From Bacteroidales bacterium (lineage in GTDB: Bacteria > Bacteroidota > Bacteroidia > Bacteroidales > Tenuifilaceae), in the NCBI GenBank assembly GCA_028708425.1, contig JAQVYY010000008.1, positions 7,799 through 71,798 on the forward strand: 64,000 nucleotides of DNA. Reading direction: 5' to 3'. Positions within the stretch are counted from its first letter, which is position 1. Each line of letters starts with the position of its first letter. Below the pieces are notes generated by a model. That model had not been told where the DNA came from and did no database searches. It was given only the letters and a program-made list of their open reading frames with translations. The translations under genes were made by a program, and so were the position numbers. Below, piece after piece: positions 1 through 9,744 of this stretch.

Positions 1-116
1 ACAAATGCAATGGCACCCACGCATGGAATAAAAGCTACCATAAGGGCAATTATCCCCATTACGATGCCAATAATTCCCGTTATCTGTCCTTCTGTCGATT
101 TTTTATATTCTTCCAT
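1..116 (-). CDS. Partial membrane protein running off the left edge (MEEYKKSTEGQITGIIGIVMGIIALMVAFIPCVGAIAF...), DUF4190-like
   Basis: Manual translation of the reverse strand from ATG at 116; hydrophobic helix follows a short polar N-terminus; not in the ORF track. Confidence 0.6.
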   Translation of the reverse strand, partial: MEEYKKSTEGQITGIIGIVMGIIALMVAFIPCVGAIAF

Positions 117-482
117 GTTACTCTATTGTTTGTGTGTAGTAAAGACGAGTTTTTCAATCCGAAATGCTGCAATTATTTTAATAGTTAGGTAAAAAGGTCG
201 CTTTTCTAATCACAAATATACACAACTTGTTTATTACTGAACGAAAGCACCTAACAAATTATGGGCTTTTCTATAGAATGCTTTTGCCCAAAAGGTAGCG
301 GTAAGAAGTGAAAAAACCTTAGTTTTGATGAGCAAGGGCGAAGCCAAATTGTTTATTTTATCCCGTGTATAGGCGAAGTGTCAACATTCTCATAGCTTAA
401 AAATGTGAAATGTTATTTGTAATGTAAGTGTTGTCAGGTTCTTTACACATAGGGTAGTTCCTGCCCGTTTTGTGGACGAATT

Positions 483-638
483 TAACCCACATTACTCATA
501 AAATTCGTTAAATAAAGATGAATGCAAATGCGGGTTACCCCGGCATAGTTGAGTCCAATTTTTTGGGAACAAAATTGGGTGTGAGACTTAGTCGCTACCG
601 GAGACAGTAATTATTCGAATGAATAATAATTGGGGTTA
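483..638 (+). mobile_element. MITE-like repeat family 1, copy 1 (full length)
   Basis: TAACCCAC...GATGAATGCAAATGCGGGTTACCCC...GAATAATAATTGGGGTTA; matches 14 other intergenic copies; TA at both ends. Confidence 0.85.
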
Positions 639-698
639 ATTTGCTTCTACTCTTCTTTTTGTATATTTACTAAAACACGTTATAAAACTATTTCAATC

Positions 699-1988
699 AT
701 GAAAAAAACAGCCTTTATTTCTTTAATGTTGCTTTTAAGCAGCCCTACCTTTGCTCAATTTACCGTGTCGGGTGAGTTGAGAGCCCGTGGGGAGTATCGC
801 AATGGTTACAAAACCATCCCTACATCTTTCACCAATTCGTTAATCATGGTAGGGCAGCGTACTCGGATAAACGCTACTTATAAAAGGGACAAACTTACCA
901 CCTATATCTCATTACAGGATGCCCGTATTTGGGGCGAAGATAAATGGAAGGCCGATAACAATGGGTTGGGCCTTTTTGAAGGGTGGGCCGAGTACAGGTT
1001 TAACCATAATATAGCCCTGAAAGCAGGGCGACAATCATTGATTTATGATGATCAGCGACTTTTTTGCTCTGGCGACTGGCGTACCTTTGCCGAAGCACAT
1101 GACTTAGCCCGCATGTTATTTACCTCTAACGACAAAACATTCCATTTTCACTTGGGTTATGCCATCAACAACAGTGGAGATATAGAGGGGGATGCTTTTT
1201 TAAGCGAATACTCCCTCAAGGCCACCCAGTATAAAAACATGGTTTACGGGCACCTGAATAAATCGTGGGCTAATGGTTTTAGTGCTTCTCTGGTAGGGGT
1301 CAGGGATGGGTTTCAGACAAGTCCCATTGGCACCTCACAACTCGATCCGTTGGGGGTTAATTACCGCACTACCTTTGGATCTTACCTTGAATACCAAACC
1401 CATGCATGGTTTTTTTCAGCCGCTGGCTACCTACAGCGCGGAACCGCTCGTGATAACCGGAATATAAAAGCTAACTTTTATTCAGCACGTGCAAAATATA
1501 TGTTCACACCCAAAAATACTCTCACGCTCGGGTACGACCATTATTCGGGCACCAATTTTTCTTCTGCCGATGCCCTTGCCGAAACCAGAACCTTTTCCAC
1601 CCTTTATGGGCCAGGTCATAAATTCCTGGGATATATGGATTATTTTGGGGTTCCCGAAAATCATGGTGCTGGCATTAACGACTTGCTACTACGTGTTAAT
1701 ATTGGAATTGGGGAAAAAGGAGGGTTGGAAGCTACCTTTCATCAGTTTAACCTACCTGAGGAGTACCTGAGAAATGGCACCCAGGTGGATAAGAATCTAG
1801 GACAGGAGTTAGATCTAGTTTACAGTTATAAACTCGATAATGTGGTGGCCATTAAGGCAGGGTTTTCCACATTTCTCTACACTGAGAGCATGGAGCAACT
1901 AAAAGGAAGGGCTCCTGGCCAGGGCGACAGCGCTCTGTTCGGATGGATTATGCTTGTGGTAAAGCCCACATTTTTCTCAACGAAATAA
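699..1988 (+). CDS. Alginate-export-family outer-membrane beta-barrel protein
   Basis: Signal peptide from ATG 699 (the TTG at 630 lies inside the repeat end); GELRARGEYRNGY, QRTRIN and SLQDARIWGE motifs; amphipathic beta strands. Confidence 0.7.
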   Translation: MKKTAFISLMLLLSSPTFAQFTVSGELRARGEYRNGYKTIPTSFTNSLIMVGQRTRINATYKRDKLTTYISLQDARIWGEDKWKADNNGLGLFEGWAEYRFNHNIALKAGRQSLIYDDQRLFCSGDWRTFAEAHDLARMLFTSNDKTFHFHLGYAINNSGDIEGDAFLSEYSLKATQYKNMVYGHLNKSWANGFSASLVGVRDGFQTSPIGTSQLDPLGVNYRTTFGSYLEYQTHAWFFSAAGYLQRGTARDNRNIKANFYSARAKYMFTPKNTLTLGYDHYSGTNFSSADALAETRTFSTLYGPGHKFLGYMDYFGVPENHGAGINDLLLRVNIGIGEKGGLEATFHQFNLPEEYLRNGTQVDKNLGQELDLVYSYKLDNVVAIKAGFSTFLYTESMEQLKGRAPGQGDSALFGWIMLVVKPTFFSTK

Positions 1989-2072
1989 AAAAATGAGTAA
2001 AGTTGTTGTATATAGCAAATACTACGCAATCATTGAGATTATAACCGATAAAACTTTATATGAGAAGTTTGC

Positions 2073-2615
2073 TTACTCTGTGGGAGGTTCAAACCCATAA
2101 ACAATTCCCTGAACAAAGTGGGTGGGTGTTTCGCCGTATCCACCTTTCGATTCGCGATTGGTAACTAGAATCACAAGGCCACCCATATTCACAGCGCGTT
2201 TTTTCATGCGAATGTCGGCACTACGTTTCGCTGCTTTAGCATTTCTACTCCTTGGTGACGACTTGGCTTCAACTTCACCTAAAGCGAAAAAACCTTCAAC
2301 ATCGTCCTTGTTGTCAGTAACGATTACCGTTTTCCAATCGCCCTCATCAATCATCTGAACTGCAACGGGGTTGAAATGCTCAATCCTACCATTCCGATAG
2401 ATAATTTGATGTATCTGTTTTCTGTCAACCTCTTTAACCTCAGTTTCACCATCTATCATATACGAAATCTTGCTTGATGAAACGCCCTGAACCATCACCG
2501 GTACTTTACGTCCACTTATAAGAACTACCGTATCCGAAAGCAGAGTGTCTTGTGCATACGTTCCCATAGCAAAAGCAAGGGGAAACCATATTACGAGAAA
2601 GAATATTTTTTTCAT
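2073..2615 (-). CDS. Hypothetical secreted protein
   Basis: 180-aa ORF with signal peptide; upstream TACCTTTG promoter motif. Confidence 0.7.
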   Translation of the reverse strand: MKKIFFLVIWFPLAFAMGTYAQDTLLSDTVVLISGRKVPVMVQGVSSSKISYMIDGETEVKEVDRKQIHQIIYRNGRIEHFNPVAVQMIDEGDWKTVIVTDNKDDVEGFFALGEVEAKSSPRSRNAKAAKRSADIRMKKRAVNMGGLVILVTNRESKGGYGETPTHFVQGIVYGFEPPTE

Positions 2616-2697
2616 AGTTTTAAAACTTCAAAGTTATGCTTGCGTTGTTAACGCAAACAAGATGCCAAAAATAGAGTGCCTTTAAATTTTAGTTTTA

Positions 2698-2705
2698 CAA
2701 AGGTA
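2698..2705 (-). promoter_or_regulatory. Bacteroidota -7 promoter element (TAnnTTTG)
   Basis: TACCTTTG on the minus strand ~80 bp upstream of the 2615 start. Confidence 0.5.
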
Positions 2706-2794
2706 TAAAAATAGAGCTTTTTTTGCAATTTTTATTTTTATTGTATTGGGGTAAAATTTAGCCAAATGCATCTATTAGCTAATATCTAAATCGC

Positions 2795-2802
2795 TAAATT
2801 TG
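2795..2802 (+). promoter_or_regulatory. Bacteroidota -7 promoter element (TAnnTTTG)
   Basis: TAAATTTG ~50 bp upstream of the plsC ATG. Confidence 0.5.
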
Positions 2803-2852
2803 CTCAAATAAATGTTTACGCTATTTTTGTAGAAAATTACTTGTCGTTTAGC

Positions 2853-3611
2853 ATGAAAAACTTTTTTACCCTTTACCTTGTTATGCCCATTGTATGGCTA
2901 CTATTTTTAGCTGTCTGCATTGTTTTTTTTATTGGCGATTTAATAGTCTGGCTTTTAACATTCTGGTGGGATAAAAGGCTCTACATCCTTCATAAGTATT
3001 CCATGGTGTGGGCATTGTTTCACGTTTGGGTGAACCCTTTTTGGAGAATTGATTTTGAGGGTGCTGAGAATGCGCAAAAAGACAAAACGTACATCATCGT
3101 TTCTAATCATCAGAGTGCCTTTGATATTGTTTTGCTTTATCGAATTAAGATGCATTTTAAGTGGGTTGCCAAACGCGAGCTGTTTCGAGTTCCCTTTATA
3201 GGTTGGAATTTGTGGTTAAATAAGCATATTGTAATTGATCGTGCAAGTATTAGTGGGGCTAAAAAGATGCTTTTGCAATCGCAAAAAAACATAAGTATGG
3301 GTAATTCTGTTCTGATTTTCCCCGAGGGCACCCGAAGTAAAGATGGGGCAATTAAGCGATTTAAGGACGGAGCCTTTGTATTGGCAAAAAAAACGAATAC
3401 CACCATGCTTCCCGTTGTTATTAATGGCGGCAAAGAGGTAGTTTTAAATAATGGGTATGCCCTAAAAGGTTCACAAACATTTAATGTAAAAATATTACCC
3501 GAGATTAGTCCCGAATCGTACAAGAATAAAAGTATTGATGAGCTGGGGAAAGATGTTCGCGATATTATGCGCTCGGAACATATGAAAATGGCACCCGAGT
3601 ACTATAAATAG
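2853..3611 (+). CDS. plsC: 1-acyl-sn-glycerol-3-phosphate acyltransferase
   Basis: NHQSAFD (HX4D) and IFPEGTRS motifs. Confidence 0.9.
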   Translation: MKNFFTLYLVMPIVWLLFLAVCIVFFIGDLIVWLLTFWWDKRLYILHKYSMVWALFHVWVNPFWRIDFEGAENAQKDKTYIIVSNHQSAFDIVLLYRIKMHFKWVAKRELFRVPFIGWNLWLNKHIVIDRASISGAKKMLLQSQKNISMGNSVLIFPEGTRSKDGAIKRFKDGAFVLAKKTNTTMLPVVINGGKEVVLNNGYALKGSQTFNVKILPEISPESYKNKSIDELGKDVRDIMRSEHMKMAPEYYK

Positions 3612-3694
3612 CAAGCTATGAAATTTAGGGTGGTTTTATTCAAATCTGGAGAACAATTATCTTATATTGCAAATCAAAATAAAAAGATACAGCT

Positions 3695-4213
3695 ATGAAT
3701 CCTAAGGTTAGTATAATTATGGGGAGTGCCTCCGACATGCCAGTAATGGAAGAGGCATGTAATATTTTAAACGATTTTAAAATCCCCTTTGAGGTTAATG
3801 CCCTTTCGGCTCACCGTACCCCCGACCAGGTTGCTGAACTTGCTCGGAATGCACACGAAAGAGGGATTAAGGTTATAATTGCTGGGGCTGGTGGTGCGGC
3901 ACATCTGCCTGGGGTTATTGCAGCCTTTACCCCAATACCCGTTATTGGCGTGCCAATAAAAGCATCAATTTCTATTGATGGGTGGGACTCAATACTGTCA
4001 ATTCTTCAAATGCCTGGTGGCATACCTGTTGCTACGGTTGCCCTAAACGGCGCGCGTAATGCAGGTATCCTCGCAGCACAAATTATTGCTACGGGCGAAA
4101 AGGATATTTTCGATAGGGTGGCATCGTTTAAGGTAAATTTAGCAAAGAAAGTAGTATCGGCTAACGCCGAGCTTGCGAGGTACAAATTCGAGTATAGAAC
4201 AAATGGAAAGTAA
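3695..4213 (+). CDS. purE: N5-carboxyaminoimidazole ribonucleotide mutase
   Basis: IIMGSASD, SAHRTP and AGAGGAAHLPG motifs. Confidence 0.97.
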   Translation: MNPKVSIIMGSASDMPVMEEACNILNDFKIPFEVNALSAHRTPDQVAELARNAHERGIKVIIAGAGGAAHLPGVIAAFTPIPVIGVPIKASISIDGWDSILSILQMPGGIPVATVALNGARNAGILAAQIIATGEKDIFDRVASFKVNLAKKVVSANAELARYKFEYRTNGK

Positions 4214-5109
4214 TGCCTAAATCCGCAAATAGTACTTGTGCAAAAAATAATTTTTGGAGGTTACTCTTTGTTACCTTTTTATTTGGAACTGTTTTTGCAC
4301 CAACGGCAACTGCCGATTTTCCCGAGGAGCAACCCGGAAGCAGGGCGGCATCTTTGGGTTATGGTACTACAGCTTTGGTCGATGGCTGGTCGGTTTTTTA
4401 TAACCAAGCTGCCATGGCGTACGCTACCAGTCCATGGGTAGGGGTGCACCACGAAAATAGGTTTATTACACCCGAGCTGGCCTTTAGCGCCTTAGGCGCT
4501 AGTATCCCAGTTAAAGTTGGAACCATAGGTTTGTCAATTAAGCGTTTGGGATTTAGCGAATTTAGCCAAACTAAAATAGGCTTAGCCTATGGTATGAAGC
4601 TCGCCCCAACATTTAGTGCTGGTGTTCAGCTAAATGGGCATCATGTGTTTATTGCTGGCGAGTATGGTAGCGCCATGGCTCTATCGGCTGAGGGCGGTAT
4701 ACTTTACAGCCCGTCGGAGAGTTTTAATGTTGGGTTTCGAGTTGTAAACCCAACCCGCAGTAAGTTTATTGAAGATCAACGCATTCCAACAACGTTCAAT
4801 CTTGGTATTGCATACCAAATTGGGCACATGGTTTTGTTAACCTCGGGAGTTGCTAAAACCCTGGATAGGCCATTCTCATTTAGCGCTGGAACAGAATTCT
4901 CGCCAATAAAACAGCTCTATATTAGGGCGGGTATGGCTACTGGTCCATCCATACTCTCATTTGGGGTAGGCTATAACGTTGCTAACTTTACTATTGATTT
5001 TGCATTTACCAGACACGAAATTTTAGGCTATACCCCTCATTTTTCGCTTGCCTACACCTTTGGTGGTATAAAAAACAGAAGCGACAAGATTGAAACAAAC
5101 CAGCTATGA
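4213..5109 (+). CDS. PorV/PorQ-family outer-membrane beta-barrel protein
   Basis: GSRAASLG...SVFYNQA N-terminal motif; alternating beta strands. Confidence 0.65.
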   Translation: MPKSANSTCAKNNFWRLLFVTFLFGTVFAPTATADFPEEQPGSRAASLGYGTTALVDGWSVFYNQAAMAYATSPWVGVHHENRFITPELAFSALGASIPVKVGTIGLSIKRLGFSEFSQTKIGLAYGMKLAPTFSAGVQLNGHHVFIAGEYGSAMALSAEGGILYSPSESFNVGFRVVNPTRSKFIEDQRIPTTFNLGIAYQIGHMVLLTSGVAKTLDRPFSFSAGTEFSPIKQLYIRAGMATGPSILSFGVGYNVANFTIDFAFTRHEILGYTPHFSLAYTFGGIKNRSDKIETNQL

Positions 5110-7178
5110 TTTGCAAAAGGCTTATAGCAACTGTTTTTATTTCTATTTTAGGTTCGTGGCTTTTAATGGGGCAGTCAACCGAGTCTGACATTCAGGGTAT
5201 TATTTCAAATATTATTGAAGATATTGTTGCTTCGAGCGAAGAGGATAATATCGATTTAGATGTATTGGTGGTGGATCTTATTTACTTTGCAGAAAACCCC
5301 ATAAATCTCAATACCACAACTTCCGAAGAGCTAGAGAAGCTGATTTTTTTATCCGATTTTCAGGTTAATGCCATAGTCGATTACCGTAAGAATAACGGTG
5401 CTTTCAAAACCAAATACGAGTTGCAAATGGTTATTGGGCTCGACCATTCAGATATCAATCGTCTCCTACCATTTGTTCGTATTGCCGATGCCGAGGAAAT
5501 TACCAAGCGCCGCCCCCTTTTTCAGTATGGCAAGCACGAGCTATTTGTCAGGGGGCATTCGCTAATCGAAAATCAGGTGGGATACACCCCTCCACCCGCC
5601 GATAATCCCGATGCAACACGCTTTGCGGGTAGTAAGTTGGGTTTGTATTCTCGCTATACGTACTCCACTAGGGGTGGTTTTCAGTTTGGTTTTGTAAGCG
5701 AAAAAGATCCGGGTGAAGAGTTTTTTAGGGGCTCAAATCCCTACGGGTTCGATCACTACTCGGCACATGTTCAGGTAAGCAATATAGGCGTGCTAAAAAA
5801 TTTGGTTGTAGGCGATTTTAATGCCGATTTTGGTCAGGGGCTCGCATTATGGACTAGCGCATCGTTTGGCAAGTCGCCCGACCCAATGGGCGTACGAAAA
5901 CGAGCCAAGGGGATTTTTCGATCTAGCTCAACCAACGAAAATAGGTTTTTACGAGGTGTTGGTGCCTCTGTTGCCATTGGTAAGTTTCAACTCTCTGCCT
6001 TTGGTTCATATAAAAAAATTGATGCAAACTTATCCGATTCGCTAGTTGATGGATCTTTTGAGTTTACCTCACTTCCTGTAAGTGGACTACACCGAACGCC
6101 CAGCGAAATAGCCAATAAGAAAAAGCTGAACGAATTTGTGGCAGGGGGGAATGTTTCGGTCTCGTTAAATAAGTTAAGAGCAGGCATTACCGGTTCGATT
6201 GTAAACCTAGATGGCGAATTCGATATGCCAAATCAACCCTACAGATACTTTGAACCACCGCTTACAAACCGAGTAAATTTGGGATTAGATGCTACCTATG
6301 GCATTGGTAACCATCTGGTTTTTGGCGAAGTGGCCAACACGGCCGGTTACGGTAGCGGAATTGTTTCGGGTGCGTTATTAAAAGTGCATCAACAGGTTAA
6401 CCTCTCGGTTGTGGGGCGATATTATGACAGGGATTTTAGTACGTATTACACATCTTCTTTTGCCGATGGGTCGTCGTCGTCAAACGAGCGTGGTGTTATG
6501 GTAGGGGTTAAAATATTGCCCTATCGCAACTGGCAAATCAATGGGTATGTCGATGCTTTTCAATCCGATTGGCTTAAGTTTGGCATTAATGCGCCCTCGC
6601 ACGGGCGCGATTACCTTCTCGAAGCAACCTATAGCCCCCGTTCACGATTAAGCTTTAATTTACGCTATAGGCTTAAACAAAAGGATAAGAATCAAATCGC
6701 AGAAAATGTGCAAATAAGACCAGTAGTGCCCTATGTGAAGCAAGGCATCAGATTCCATTTATCGTATAACCCAAGTAACGAAATATGGTTGAAAAGTCGT
6801 ATCGAGTTCTCGGCGTATAGCGAGGAGAGTAAGCCCAATGAGCATGGTGCCATGTTTTATCAGGATATATCGTACAGGCCGCAAAGAGTACCCATTGTGC
6901 TAACCGCACGTTTGGCAATTTTCGATACCGAATCGTGGAATACTAGAATTTATGCCTACGAGAATGATGTGCTGTACTACTTTTCGATACCTGCATACTA
7001 CTCGCAGGGCACAAGGGCATATCTTTTAGCTAAATATTCAGCGGGTAAAAATATTGATATTTGGCTTAGGGTTTCGCAAACTTTTTTTGCTAATATGGAG
7101 CAGCTGGGTACTGGGGTTACCCAAATAGATGGGCCTACCCGAAGCGATGCCCGTTTGCAGGTTAAGTTTAAGTTTTAG
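5106..7178 (+). CDS. Helix-hairpin-helix (ComEA-like) domain protein with C-terminal outer-membrane beta-barrel
   Basis: INLNTTTSEELEKL...NAIVDYRKNNGAFKTKYELQMVIGLD HhH motif; ends in ...LQVKFKF (C-terminal Phe beta-signal). Confidence 0.8.
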   Translation: MICKRLIATVFISILGSWLLMGQSTESDIQGIISNIIEDIVASSEEDNIDLDVLVVDLIYFAENPINLNTTTSEELEKLIFLSDFQVNAIVDYRKNNGAFKTKYELQMVIGLDHSDINRLLPFVRIADAEEITKRRPLFQYGKHELFVRGHSLIENQVGYTPPPADNPDATRFAGSKLGLYSRYTYSTRGGFQFGFVSEKDPGEEFFRGSNPYGFDHYSAHVQVSNIGVLKNLVVGDFNADFGQGLALWTSASFGKSPDPMGVRKRAKGIFRSSSTNENRFLRGVGASVAIGKFQLSAFGSYKKIDANLSDSLVDGSFEFTSLPVSGLHRTPSEIANKKKLNEFVAGGNVSVSLNKLRAGITGSIVNLDGEFDMPNQPYRYFEPPLTNRVNLGLDATYGIGNHLVFGEVANTAGYGSGIVSGALLKVHQQVNLSVVGRYYDRDFSTYYTSSFADGSSSSNERGVMVGVKILPYRNWQINGYVDAFQSDWLKFGINAPSHGRDYLLEATYSPRSRLSFNLRYRLKQKDKNQIAENVQIRPVVPYVKQGIRFHLSYNPSNEIWLKSRIEFSAYSEESKPNEHGAMFYQDISYRPQRVPIVLTARLAIFDTESWNTRIYAYENDVLYYFSIPAYYSQGTRAYLLAKYSAGKNIDIWLRVSQTFFANMEQLGTGVTQIDGPTRSDARLQVKFKF

Positions 7179-7240
7179 CAAAAAACCATATACATCCTCT
7201 TAGGGCTAAAAAAGGCAGGCATTATAATTAAACTAAACAG

Positions 7241-8038
7241 ATGGGAAAACAGCCAGATTTTATTCAAAAGGTACGACCTAAAAAGCAGCTCGGGCAGCAC
7301 TTTTTAACCGATACTAATATTGCCCAACGAATTGTTGATAGCCTTGATGCCTCGAATGTAGATGCAGTTCTAGAAATTGGGCCGGGCATGGGGGTGCTTA
7401 CCCAGTCGCTTTTAAACAGATTTGGTAAAAGGTTTTATGCTGCCGAAATTGATAGCGAATCTCTTTTTTACCTTAAATCGTTGCTGCCAGATTTAACCAG
7501 TAGGCTGCTTGAGGTCGACTTCCTTCGATACGATTTGTCGCAGATTACCACTGGCAAGCTGGCTATTATTGGAAATTTCCCTTACAATATTTCTTCCCAA
7601 ATTTTCTTTAAAGTCCTTAACGAGAGGGATTCGGTAACCGAAGTGGTGGGGATGCTTCAGCGTGAGGTTGCCCAACGTATTTGTGAGTCGCCTGGAACAA
7701 AAGTGTACGGAATCCTTAGCGTACTGCTGCAAGCATTTTATGATATCGAGTATCTGTTTACAGTAAATGAGGCTGTTTTTACACCGCCACCAAAGGTAAA
7801 ATCGGCGGTTATAAGGCTTACCCGAAACCAGACCGTGCGGTTAGGTTGCGATGAGGATATCTTCTTCCGATTGGTAAAAGCAGGGTTTAACCAACGGCGC
7901 AAAACCCTAAGGAATTCTGTTAAATCTGGATTTAATGGTTTTGTAGGCAATCACCCGTTGCTAAGTAAGCGTCCGGAGCAGCTGGGCGTTAATGAGTTTG
8001 TTGAGCTAACCAACTACATTGCAGGCGAAATATCCTAG
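7241..8038 (+). CDS. rsmA: 16S rRNA m6,2A dimethyltransferase (KsgA)
   Basis: KKQLGQHFL, LEIGPGMG and GNFPYNIS motifs. Confidence 0.97.
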   Translation: MGKQPDFIQKVRPKKQLGQHFLTDTNIAQRIVDSLDASNVDAVLEIGPGMGVLTQSLLNRFGKRFYAAEIDSESLFYLKSLLPDLTSRLLEVDFLRYDLSQITTGKLAIIGNFPYNISSQIFFKVLNERDSVTEVVGMLQREVAQRICESPGTKVYGILSVLLQAFYDIEYLFTVNEAVFTPPPKVKSAVIRLTRNQTVRLGCDEDIFFRLVKAGFNQRRKTLRNSVKSGFNGFVGNHPLLSKRPEQLGVNEFVELTNYIAGEIS

Positions 8039-9300
8039 GTCTTTGTATTTATTGCTTCAACAGGGTTTAATTTTGAGGCTTGCCAGGCAGGAGCAAAACC
8101 CGATAAAATACCGATTACTGCCGAGATGGTTATACCCAGAATTATATTGCTTAGCGATAGCGTAATGGTAAATTCCGAAACGCTGTTTACCAGTAACGAC
8201 CCGAGGAATATTAGCAGCAGTCCGATAGCACCCCCAATAATCGATAGTAAAACCGATTCGTAAAGGAATTGTACCAAAATGAATGTGTTTTTTGCGCCCA
8301 GCGCTTTTTGTATTCCAATTATGTTGGTGCGCTCCTTTACCGAAACAAACATAATATTTGCAATGCCAAAGCCACCAACAAGAATCGAGAAACCACCAAT
8401 AATCCAACCGGCCAAATTTATAGCCACAAAAATATTGTCAATGCCTTCCCTTAAAGTGCTAACCTGATTTAATGCAAAATCATCATCTTCAATAGGTTTT
8501 AACTTTCTAGCGGCCCGTAAAATACCCCGTAACTCATCCATAAGCTCTTCGGATGGAATTTCATCTTTGGCCTTTACCATTATGGTTGGCCCAGCATATC
8601 TGAAATCAATCATTAGTTTCGAAAAATTTGCAGGCACTACCACCAAAGGATCGTGACTTTCGCCGCCTCCAAATTGCGTACCCTCCTTTTTTATAACTCC
8701 TATTACCTCAACCAGATAGCCTCCAATTTTAATTGACTTACCAACGGGGTTTACATCAACAAATAGTTCGGTTGCAATATCATAACCCAGAACAGCTACC
8801 CTTCTCCCCATGGATAAGTCGAATGCCGAAAAATACCTTCCGCTTTCAATTTCAAAAGATCGAATATCTTCGTAGCTATCGGTTACCGCTAAAATAATTG
8901 TTTTGGGTGCAGAGCTCCTTTCATGTTCAACTAGCGAACGGAACGACAGCTGCAATGCGCTCGATTGCGCTGTAATGCTATTCGAGCGAATGATTTTTAA
9001 ATCATCGAGCGAGGGTTGAGGTCTATTCATATATTTCCACCAAGGATAGTTTCCACCCATAGACCATGGCCATTTTTGTACGTAAACAACGTTATCGCCT
9101 AACGAATCAAGACTTTGCCTAATGCTCTTTTCGAGCGAATCAAGTACAGTGAAAACCGAAACTATCGCAAAAATGCCTATGGTAATGCCAAATAGCGATA
9201 AAAACGTACGCATTTTATTTACCTTTATCGACTGGTATGCAAAACTCATACTCTCACGAATTAGTTTTACGTAGATAATAATGTTGGCAATGGGTTTCAT
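8035..9300 (-). CDS. ABC transporter permease (MacB/FtsX family)
   Basis: RTFLSLFGITIGI, GIANIMFVSVKERT..IGIQKALGA and ASKLNPVEA motifs. Confidence 0.9.
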   Translation of the reverse strand: MKPIANIIIYVKLIRESMSFAYQSIKVNKMRTFLSLFGITIGIFAIVSVFTVLDSLEKSIRQSLDSLGDNVVYVQKWPWSMGGNYPWWKYMNRPQPSLDDLKIIRSNSITAQSSALQLSFRSLVEHERSSAPKTIILAVTDSYEDIRSFEIESGRYFSAFDLSMGRRVAVLGYDIATELFVDVNPVGKSIKIGGYLVEVIGVIKKEGTQFGGGESHDPLVVVPANFSKLMIDFRYAGPTIMVKAKDEIPSEELMDELRGILRAARKLKPIEDDDFALNQVSTLREGIDNIFVAINLAGWIIGGFSILVGGFGIANIMFVSVKERTNIIGIQKALGAKNTFILVQFLYESVLLSIIGGAIGLLLIFLGSLLVNSVSEFTITLSLSNIILGITISAVIGILSGFAPAWQASKLNPVEAINTKT

Positions 9301-9332
9301 CTGTCTATTTATTTGTTTTTAAAGGAACACAT

Positions 9333-9390
9333 GGAACATCCATGGAGTAGCCATTCTCCTTTGTGTTAGCACCGCTAACATGAATGTTTC
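9333..9390. repeat. Repeat family 3, unit 1 (58 bp; GGAACATCCATG...CATGAATGTTTC inverted ends)
   Basis: Inverted ends shared with units at 9423-9480 and 24495-24552. Confidence 0.6.
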
Positions 9391-9422
9391 ATCTGTCTGT
9401 TTTTAGATTTTAAAGGTACAAA

Positions 9423-9480
9423 GGAACATCCATAGGCTGACTATTTTCGTAAGGGCTAAAATTATTATCATGGATGTTTC
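9423..9480. repeat. Repeat family 3, unit 2 (58 bp)
   Basis: GGAACATCCATA...CATGGATGTTTC, 90 bp downstream of unit 1. Confidence 0.6.
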
Positions 9481-9744
9481 ATAGTGTTTATCATTTGGTT
9501 CTCAATTGCCACACGGAGCTCGTTTTGTGTGTTTTTAGCAAGAGTAGTCCCTCGAATCTTAAGAATAGACTCCTAAACTTGTCAAAGGTAAAAAAAGGAA
9601 AATGAAAAAAACTATAACTATTTATTATTTTAAGACCATTTAAGAGTGAATAATTCAAAGGTTTTGGCCATTTTTGTATTCTAAAATAGCACTATTTTTT
9701 TTTACTACCCAACTTTTTATTTTATATCGTTGAATACTAGGTTA

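Noticed and set aside
10-192. Plus-strand 60-aa ORF
   Set aside because: Antisense shadow of the real minus-strand membrane gene starting at 116
630-698. TTG start extending the porin by 23 aa
   Set aside because: The TTG lies in the MITE terminus (TTGGGGTTA); ATG 699 gives a normal signal peptide
9333-9480. Family-3 units as a mini-CRISPR
   Set aside because: The conserved parts are inverted rather than direct repeats, there are only two tandem units, and no cas genes are present
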